This document shows positions 35,662 through 41,362 of a stretch of DNA of 41,362 nucleotides, piece by piece (position 1 is the stretch's first letter; every line of letters starts with the position of its first letter). The DNA comes from a virus. Made by a program: the position numbers and the translations under genes. The notes below the pieces were generated by a model. That model was not told the DNA's origin and did not search any database. It was given only the letters and a program-made list of their open reading frames with translations. The stretch is taken from the UHGV virus genome UHGV-1871327; one strand, 5' to 3'.

Positions 35662-35911
35662 CAAAAATCTAACATCATAGTGCCGATCTAACCAAAATCT
35701 AACATATACAATTCTATACAATTTGATATTTTCGAAAACACAAAAATGGCGGAAACCCTTATAAATACTGGATTTCCGCCATGTTCACGCTATGAAGCAT
35801 CGGGGATTCGAACCCCGGACAACTTGATTAAAAGTCAAATCATCTACAGGCCAAAAACCCGCATAAATACTAGCTTTCTGCGTGTTCGTCTAACATTATA
35901 TCTAACATCAT
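35657..35911. other. attP-like site: tRNA-Lys 3'-half core flanked on both sides by direct TCTAACAT arm-type repeats
   Basis: Six copies of (A/G)TCTAAC(A/C) at 35657-35664, 35667-35675, 35686-35694, 35698-35706, 35888-35896 and 35900-35911. Core at 35793-35841. Also a 10-bp inverted repeat ATGGCGGAAA/TTTCCGCCAT at 35747-35783. Confidence 0.55.
35793..35841 (-). other. tRNA-Lys(TTT) 3' fragment (anticodon stem-loop through acceptor 3' strand). The 5' half is absent.
   Basis: Reverse complement GATTTGA-CTTTTAA-TCAAG-TTGTC-CGGGG-TTCGAAT-CCCCG-ATGCTTC-A. Upstream sequence cannot form an acceptor or D-arm. Confidence 0.55.
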
Positions 35912-35946
35912 GATTTTTTTCAAGTATGAATTGTATATACTTTTTC

Positions 35947-35990
35947 CTAGTTTTTAGCCCCGGACGCAACTGCCCGGGGCATATTTTTTA
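35947..35990 (+). terminator. Stem-loop GCCCCGG-N9-CCGGGGC followed by ATATTTTTTA
   Basis: Hairpin plus T-run on the plus strand, between attP and the endolysin gene's 3' end. Confidence 0.4.
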
Positions 35991-37130
35991 CAGCGCGATC
36001 ATATCTGCCCAGCACTTCGGTCCGATGATACCGTCCACCGGGCCGGCGCCGCCGTTCCGGTCGGTCTGGTACTTAATGACCGCCTCTTTAGTCTGATTGC
36101 CATAAGAGCGATCCAATTCACCGTTGTAATATCCGCGCGCTTTAAGGATCTCCTGCGCCAGCAAAACATCGTTTCCCTGACTGCCGTAACTGATCTGATT
36201 ACATTCAAACATATACGCTACTCCTCCTGTAATTGGTGTATTTGTATTCCCGGTTGATCCGCTTCCGCTTACCGGTTTTCGAATAATCTGTCCAACGTCA
36301 ATTTTATCCGGATTGCTGATGCCGTTATACGCTGCAAGGTCTGTAACAGATACGCCCCACATATCTGCGATCTCTGAGAGGGTATCTCCGGATTTTACAG
36401 TATACTCTGTACTGCTTCCCGGTTTCTTAATGACCTGTCCTATATTGATAACGTCCGGATTTTTGATACCGTTGTATTCCGCCAGTTCCGTCATGTTCAC
36501 GCCCATAGCAGCCGCAATCTCTGACAAAGTATCTCCTGCTTTGACAGTATAGCTGTCCCCTGATACGACAACAGATCCGTTTCCCGATGTGTTGCTGGAA
36601 CCGCCAGCATAAACGCCAGCATCCAAATTTGTAGCTGTGTGATGGCCTTCATACAGCAAAATATCTCCGGGCAGCAGGTAGGCATCGCTGGTTAAGTATT
36701 TGCTGGCTGTCAACACCTGGAAACCGGCATTTTTTAACGCGGCTCGTAAGTTTCCCGTGTAGCAGTCTGCCGATACATTCTGTAACGCCAATATTCCCAT
36801 CAAATAACCGGCAGCCTTAGTATCTCCAGCTACTCCGGAAGAGCAATCCGCTTCACACGGAATCGTGATTTGCGCCGGATCATAGTTGCTGGCCTTCAGG
36901 TGGTTCCAGTATGTACGCCTCTCATTCTGGTCATACCCGATTAAATCATTCTGTGCAGCCCTACGTGCCAGCCATGCCAACTTTTCACCAACTGACCGAT
37001 CCGGATGCCGTAATACGCAGTTCCATGGTCGGTTATACCACGATATGATCTGCCATTCTGTTCCTGTCTGATCTCCTGCTTTTCCACCAGAATATCGTCC
37101 ATTTTCGTCATGTCCGCAATTCGAAATCAT
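35988..37130 (-). CDS. Endolysin: papain-like (NlpC/P60-type) catalytic domain + 2x LysM + PG_binding_1
   Basis: DCSSGVAG (Cys) and ..PGDILLYEGHHTATNL (His) motifs. Two LysM repeats (YTVK[AS]GDTLSEIA..). C-terminus ..LLAQEILKARGYYNGELDRSYGNQTKEAVIKYQ..DGIIGPKCW is a PG-binding domain. Confidence 0.8.
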   Translation of the reverse strand: MISNCGHDENGRYSGGKAGDQTGTEWQIISWYNRPWNCVLRHPDRSVGEKLAWLARRAAQNDLIGYDQNERRTYWNHLKASNYDPAQITIPCEADCSSGVAGDTKAAGYLMGILALQNVSADCYTGNLRAALKNAGFQVLTASKYLTSDAYLLPGDILLYEGHHTATNLDAGVYAGGSSNTSGNGSVVVSGDSYTVKAGDTLSEIAAAMGVNMTELAEYNGIKNPDVINIGQVIKKPGSSTEYTVKSGDTLSEIADMWGVSVTDLAAYNGISNPDKIDVGQIIRKPVSGSGSTGNTNTPITGGVAYMFECNQISYGSQGNDVLLAQEILKARGYYNGELDRSYGNQTKEAVIKYQTDRNGGAGPVDGIIGPKCWADMIAL

Positions 37131-37459
37131 TCTGTTCCCCCCTTCTTGTATTTAGTGCGATCCCAGATTGTTTTTAATTTCTCCCAGCCGCCTGTGCTGA
37201 TGAGATAAACAACAAATGCCGCAATCAGCGCGGCTACAACATAATACCAGGCCACGGCTACGACAAAATACATACACAATAGCAGCATAGCCACAATACA
37301 TAAGATTGCTGATACGACCAGGGCTACTACATTTGTCTGGATAGATTTCAGGCCGGGCAGTTCCTTGATGACCTGAACAATCAGACTTGTCAGGAACGCC
37401 AACACACCCAGCAGAATAAGGGCGCAGGTCGCATACTGCATAATCATTTCAATGTTCAT
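37127..37459 (-). CDS. Holin (3 TM, TcdE/clostridial phage holin-like)
   Basis: 110 aa with three hydrophobic helices and a charged C-terminus. Overlaps the endolysin start. Confidence 0.75.
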   Translation of the reverse strand: MNIEMIMQYATCALILLGVLAFLTSLIVQVIKELPGLKSIQTNVVALVVSAILCIVAMLLLCMYFVVAVAWYYVVAALIAAFVVYLISTGGWEKLKTIWDRTKYKKGGTE

Positions 37460-37595
37460 CCTGTTTCCTCCTTGTGATTTCTTTTATATGCCTCTGTGGC
37501 TTCGTTATGGGTTCTAGGCCACGTTTTTATGTAACAAATGAGGAAATTATTACATAGCATGATATACGTCGGAAATAGCTCGTATTTATGAGCTG

Positions 37596-38129
37596 TCAAT
37601 TCCGGCTTCTCATTAATTCGCTGATCTGGTCTGTTTCGCTCATAGGAATCACTTCCAGACTCCGCATGGCGGGCTGCACCTCGCTATGGACATGCCCGTT
37701 TCCCCCTGCATCCTCATAATCCCCAAACACATGCCAGAACGCATCCGCTTCCATTTCCGACCAGGCATGAAGAGGATTCTTCTGCTCACTGGTATAATAC
37801 CTGTAGGATTGCAGGATTCTCTCGCGGAGCTTGTTTCGTTCCCGGCGCTTGTTCTCTTTCTCCATTTTCTCCAAGCGGTTCTGCAAGCCATGAATCGCAT
37901 CCGTGAACTTTTTCTGAATTTCAATGCTCTGCTGTCTCCATTTCGGATACTGTTCAATCTGATCCAGGCATTTTTCCAGCTTTTCGTCCTTTTCCTTCTC
38001 CCGTTCATGCTGTTCAATCAACGTTTTCTTCCATTTTTTGTAGATACGCCATGCAAACAGGACAGCGATAACGAATACCACCACCGTCCCGATTGTGACA
38101 TCGCCAAACGTTTTTATAAATTCCTCCAA
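37596..38129 (-). CDS. Membrane-anchored coiled-coil protein
   Basis: N-terminal TM (VTIGTVVVFVIAVLFAW), then a Lys/Glu-rich coiled coil. Confidence 0.4.
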   Translation of the reverse strand: MEEFIKTFGDVTIGTVVVFVIAVLFAWRIYKKWKKTLIEQHEREKEKDEKLEKCLDQIEQYPKWRQQSIEIQKKFTDAIHGLQNRLEKMEKENKRRERNKLRERILQSYRYYTSEQKNPLHAWSEMEADAFWHVFGDYEDAGGNGHVHSEVQPAMRSLEVIPMSETDQISELMRSRN

Positions 38130-38214
38130 CGGCCCGCCCCTCCTGTACTCTCTGTATATTTTTCTGTCTTTTCAGGCTCTGCTCGTATTCGCATCTGCAT
38201 CCTGTCACCTCATT

Positions 38215-38937
38215 TTAAACAGCCACAAAATAATGTCCAATCAGGGCCGACGGAGGATAAGACAACGTTACAGTCTGGCCGTACATGGATTCAGGATCTG
38301 CAACACCACCACGCTGGCACAGGTAGACGGTATCGCCCTCTTTGTAATACTTGCCATATACATACTCCATTCCGGACGTAGTCACAGTATCCGGTACAGG
38401 GATCGGGTCCTCCAGCGTACCGGCTTCGCTTCCGGATTCCAGCGCCACCCACAGGGACGGGGCAACGCCGGGCTCCCACCCGGGCTGTGATGTGTGATCC
38501 TGCAGGCATTTATACAATATGCCACTGTAAATTTTTCGATCACCAGTTTTGTACTGGACGCCATTCGGGTCATACTCGCCATACAGGTCTTTGACCGTCA
38601 GCGCCTGCTCGTCCGACAAATATGCAATGGCGGTATCTACGGCCGGCGCCTTCAGCTCCTCTTCTGTGAGCTGCCGCAGTCCAAAAATCACCTGCAGTCG
38701 CTCTCCCGCCGGATTTACTTTAAACAGCGGCGCTGTGGTAACCATGTTGCTGTACGTCTCCAGCAGTTCCTCCGTTTTCTGAGATACCCTCTGGATTGCT
38801 GACAGATTGTCCTTTGTCAGCTTCTCGGCCAACCCCTGCAGGTCTGCATATCCGTCCACATACGTAACCAGCCGGGCCGACGTGTATCCCTCCTCGATCT
38901 CCAGCTTTGACTGGTCTTTTAAAATCAGGTTTTCCAT
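38215..38937 (-). CDS. Protein with CBM5/12 (chitin-binding type 3-like) carbohydrate-binding motif; possible receptor-binding or fibre accessory protein
   Basis: RBS AAGGAG before the ATG at 38937. ..YKTGDRKIYSGILYKCLQDHTSQPGWEPGVAPSLWVAL matches the CBM5/12 Y..G..Y.C.Q.HTS..GWEP...SLW signature. Confidence 0.55.
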   Translation of the reverse strand: MENLILKDQSKLEIEEGYTSARLVTYVDGYADLQGLAEKLTKDNLSAIQRVSQKTEELLETYSNMVTTAPLFKVNPAGERLQVIFGLRQLTEEELKAPAVDTAIAYLSDEQALTVKDLYGEYDPNGVQYKTGDRKIYSGILYKCLQDHTSQPGWEPGVAPSLWVALESGSEAGTLEDPIPVPDTVTTSGMEYVYGKYYKEGDTVYLCQRGGVADPESMYGQTVTLSYPPSALIGHYFVAV

Positions 38938-38979
38938 CCTGTTCTCCTTTCTGCCGCTCCCGGCGGCGTAAATAATAAA

Positions 38980-39339
38980 ATGCACAGCAAAACGCACCCC
39001 GGAGGATGCGCTTTGACATGGATTTTATTCGATTTTGATTCCCAAAACAGGAATTTCAACGAGAAATTTCCCAGCAATTACCATATTGAATATGCACAGA
39101 TCGGTTTGGACTACAGTAGCGCAACCGAAATGCGTGGTAATCAGTATTTTACTGGTACCATTTTAAGCGCGGCTGCAACGTTGGAACACACTGCCGGAAC
39201 GCCGACCAAACAGGTGGATCGCGTAATTGTAGACTGCAATTACGGTCAGAACGGACGCTTGGAAGTATATGCACAGGGTGGCGGATTTGTCTCGGGGCAC
39301 AGTTTAATTATCAATGTGATTGCCATTGTGCATGATTAA
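38980..39339 (+). CDS. Cassette P: open frame beginning at the degenerate site S4 (..DSQNRN-FNEKF..)
   Basis: 119-aa ORF. Contains CAAAACAGGAAT at 39043-39054 encoding QNRN in frame. Converges tail-to-tail with cassette M, with overlapping stops in gaTTAAt. Confidence 0.35.
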   Translation: MHSKTHPGGCALTWILFDFDSQNRNFNEKFPSNYHIEYAQIGLDYSSATEMRGNQYFTGTILSAAATLEHTAGTPTKQVDRVIVDCNYGQNGRLEVYAQGGGFVSGHSLIINVIAIVHD

Positions 39340-39590
39340 TTTTCTGGCCCTGCGATTTTGGTCCATGATTTATCAATTGTACCATTTTTAAACCGAATAA
39401 AATAAATATCACCAGACAGTTCAAATGCAATTTTAACTTGACGCGTCCACCCCTCGGAGCCATATGGCAATGTAAATGCCATCATCAGTCCAGGCCAAGC
39501 CGATGGGGCTCCAGATGTATTGGAACCATAGGGGAAAAATGATGGTCCCCAGCAACTGTACACCAAATTACTGCCCTTCATGGCGTCCAA
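39336..39590 (-). CDS. Cassette M: small fibre-tip-like domain, paralogue of 41066..41305
   Basis: ..FFPYGSNTSGAPSAWPGLMMAFT..KIAFELSGDIYF..KSWTKI. The frame is open upstream through R2 (..FGSG-RQNRN-TDTLINGGQNW..) to a stop just beyond the repeat. Confidence 0.45.
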   Translation of the reverse strand: MDAMKGSNLVYSCWGPSFFPYGSNTSGAPSAWPGLMMAFTLPYGSEGWTRQVKIAFELSGDIYFIRFKNGTIDKSWTKIAGPEN

Positions 39591-39645
39591 GCTAAAATCA
39601 AATGCTTTTCCTCCCCAGTTCTGGCCGCCATTAATTAAAGTATCA

Positions 39646-39662
39646 GTATTCCTGTTTTGCCT
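39646..39662. repeat. Site R2 (GTATTCCTGTTTTGCCT, direct orientation)
   Basis: 17/17 inverted match with 40790-40806. 15/15 direct match with 1-15. Confidence 0.7.
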
Positions 39663-39756
39663 GCCGGAACCGAATCACCCCGCCGCCGATCAGCAGACAC
39701 AGCAAACAGGCCGCCCGTTCCGGCCAGCCAAAAAAGTAATTACAATTATCATTACA

Positions 39757-40746
39757 TTATGCCACCAGCCGCCGGAAGGACGCCTTGACCTCATCCGCTC
39801 GGACCGTCACATAAATCATCGTCGTCTCCGGCTTCGCATGGCCGGCGTATACCTGCAGCTCCTGTAGGGACATTCCCCGGGCAGATGCATCTGTCAGCAG
39901 CGTTCTCCGGAATTTGTGCGGATGGGCGTGGATGCCTGCGGCCCGCCCCAGTTTCCGCAGCATAGCCTGTACTGCTTTGGTACTCAACCGCTCATATGGC
40001 GCCCGCAGGCTGACAAACAGCGCCGGATTATCGTCCCGCCGACCCGCCAGGTATTTGCGTAGGTGGTAGGCTGCCTCTTCCGTCAGGCACACCTCCCGTT
40101 CCTTTTTGCCTTTCTGACCATATACGACCACTTCCCGGCCCACGAAATCCACATCTGACCGGTTGAGGGCCAATACCTCTCCGATACGCCCCGCTGTACT
40201 GTACAGCACTTCCATCAGTGCCAGATCTCGCTCCGTTTGCGCCAGACAGCGCAGGTGCTCCCGTTCTTCCGCCGTGTACGGCTTCCGAATCTTCTGGGGC
40301 ACTTTGACGCGCTTCAATCGGCGGGCCGGGTTGCGGTTGATATAACCCTCATCGTTCAGCCAGCCGAAAAAGCCACTGATATACCGCCGCAGTGTATCCA
40401 GATAGGACAGCGATACGCCCCGCTGCTCCTGGTACATCGCCAGGTAGTAACGCAGGTCATTGGTCGTAATGTCCGGCAGCCGCTTATTGATGGCCTGCAT
40501 CAGCATCCGGATACAACGACCGTATCCTTCCAGCGTCCCCTCGCTGCAATTCTCCAGCCGCTTACTCGCCAGATACATCCGCAGGGCCTTTTCCCAGTGT
40601 CGTTCTGACACCACCAGCTCCGTCCGCTCCTCCTGCAGCGTCAGGCCGTGCGTCTTGATCGCCAGCACATTTTCCAGCTTCCGAAGCTGCTCCGGCGCCA
40701 GATCCTCTTGCATGGCAGCCAGTATTTCCGCTATCAGTTTTTCCAT
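39757..40746 (-). CDS. Tyrosine recombinase (XerC/D- or Rci-like) bracketed by inverted sites R2 and R3
   Basis: 329 aa. N-terminal SAM-like domain. Catalytic ..AGRIGEVLAL.. (Arg), ..HPHKFRRT.. (His-x-x-Arg), ..YAGHAKPETTMIYVTV (His and Tyr). Confidence 0.85.
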   Translation of the reverse strand: MEKLIAEILAAMQEDLAPEQLRKLENVLAIKTHGLTLQEERTELVVSERHWEKALRMYLASKRLENCSEGTLEGYGRCIRMLMQAINKRLPDITTNDLRYYLAMYQEQRGVSLSYLDTLRRYISGFFGWLNDEGYINRNPARRLKRVKVPQKIRKPYTAEEREHLRCLAQTERDLALMEVLYSTAGRIGEVLALNRSDVDFVGREVVVYGQKGKKEREVCLTEEAAYHLRKYLAGRRDDNPALFVSLRAPYERLSTKAVQAMLRKLGRAAGIHAHPHKFRRTLLTDASARGMSLQELQVYAGHAKPETTMIYVTVRADEVKASFRRLVA

Positions 40747-40789
40747 ACCTTCTCACCTCCGGCTCCAGCATAACACCGGAGGCAGTAGT

Positions 40790-40806
40790 AGGCAAAACAG
40801 GAATAC
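40790..40806. repeat. Site R3 (AGGCAAAACAGGAATAC, inverted orientation)
   Basis: Perfect reverse complement of R2. On the plus strand it encodes ..GGSS-RQNRN-TIIVEF.., heading an 80-codon open frame that ends at 41035 (cassette C). Confidence 0.7.
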
Positions 40807-41065
40807 GATCATTGTTGAATTCCACCACTGCAAACCCGGCCAATCCTGGTATATTGTATCTCAACGATCGGGATATGCTTTGATTGCTGCTTATAATATA
40901 CGTAATGATACCACTGACCGAGTCAGCGGCATCCAAAAACGGACAAGTGGAGACTATACAATTATGTTTGCCAGTACGCCCGCCGGCGAACTGGACCTAT
41001 GGTTGGTATGGGCTAAAGTTGGAATGAGTGAATAAATTAGTTTTCACCAGCGCACCAATGGATAA

Positions 41066-41305
41066 TTACTGTGCTGGTGCAATCCGTGTCCAGGCTTTTA
41101 CTACTTCTCCGGTTTCTGACTTCTGGACCATATAATATATCTCGCCATTATATGTAAATGCATATTTTATATGATAATTATCACTACCTTGGTAGACAGT
41201 TGCAGCAATCATAAACCCCGACCAATTAGTGGGGGCTCCTGCAGTGTAGTTTCCATACGGGAAGAATCCATCATAGGCGCCATAAGTTAAATCTGATGGA
41301 TTCAT
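41066..41305 (-). CDS. Cassette D: small fibre-tip-like domain, paralogue of 39336..39590. Its frame stays open upstream to the right window edge.
   Basis: ..FFPYGNYTAGAPTNWSGFMIAAT..IKYAFTYNGEIYY..KAWTRI. The 19 codons upstream of the annotated M are open (VEILNSVDFNQSGRALKIE-M..) and homologous to the region upstream of cassette M. Confidence 0.45.
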   Translation of the reverse strand: MNPSDLTYGAYDGFFPYGNYTAGAPTNWSGFMIAATVYQGSDNYHIKYAFTYNGEIYYMVQKSETGEVVKAWTRIAPAQ

Positions 41306-41362
41306 TTCTATTTTTAACGCTCTACCGGATTGATTAAAATCGACCGAATTTAAAATTTCGAC

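Noticed and set aside
35842-35880. Tried to complete the tRNA-Lys with a 5' half
   Set aside because: The sequence upstream of the anticodon stem (..GGGTTTTTGGCCTGTAGATGA) cannot form an acceptor or D-arm. It is only a 3' fragment (att core).
1-39662. R1 and R2 as terminal redundancy of a circular contig, or as attL/attR of the prophage
   Set aside because: Identity stops after 15-17 bp (aataagc versus gccggaa), so this is not an assembly overlap. The integrase has its own arm-repeat and tRNA site at 35.8 kb, and further inverted copies (R3, S4) fit an inversion system better than an att duplication.
40460-41035. Plus-strand ORF 40460..41035 (191 aa)
   Set aside because: Its first 110 codons are antisense to the recombinase gene, and that part is Ser/Arg-rich in composition. 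Only the part after site R3 (40807-41035, cassette C) is considered potentially meaningful.

Overview
The window is almost entirely a temperate siphovirus-type phage genome of a Gram-positive (Clostridia-like, GC-rich) host. No bacterial housekeeping genes are visible. Layout: 166-20347 (minus) is a contiguous late/structural operon running terminase-large, portal, MuF-like minor head, a Prp-type protease, scaffold, HK97-fold capsid, connector and tail-completion genes, major tail, chaperones, a 1531-aa tape measure, distal tail protein, and several tail-fibre genes including two collagen-like (Gly-X-Y) ones. 20445-20517 is an initiator-like tRNA-Met. 20870-31622 (minus) holds an ArpU/RinA-like late activator, small early genes (YopX, DUF551, RusA), an iteron/palindrome origin-like region, and a replication/recombination module (primase-polymerase/helicase fusion, SF2 DEAD/DEAH helicase, DUF669, AAA_24/Sak4-like and SbcC/AAA_23-like ATPases) followed by cro-like genes. 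31623-35661 is a divergent lysogeny module: operator-rich switch region, CI-like repressor, ImmA-like peptidase with an unusual HxxEH motif, two AT-rich lipoprotein morons and a tyrosine integrase. 35657-35911 looks like an intact attP: the 3' half of a tRNA-Lys flanked on both sides by TCTAACAT arm-type repeats. 35988-38937 (minus) carries endolysin, holin, a membrane coiled-coil protein and a CBM5/12-domain protein. The most unusual part is 38980-41305 plus position 1-15: at least four copies of a 12-17 bp site (core CAAAACAGGAAT, in both orientations), each encoding QNRN in frame at the start of an ~80-105-codon open frame. These frames sit as convergent tail-to-tail pairs, and two perfectly inverted 17-bp copies bracket a second, Xer-like tyrosine recombinase. 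This resembles a shufflon or Mu-G-segment-like multiple-inversion system that could diversify a tail-fibre or receptor-binding C-terminus. All calls are from reading the sequence and ORF translations; no database searches were run.
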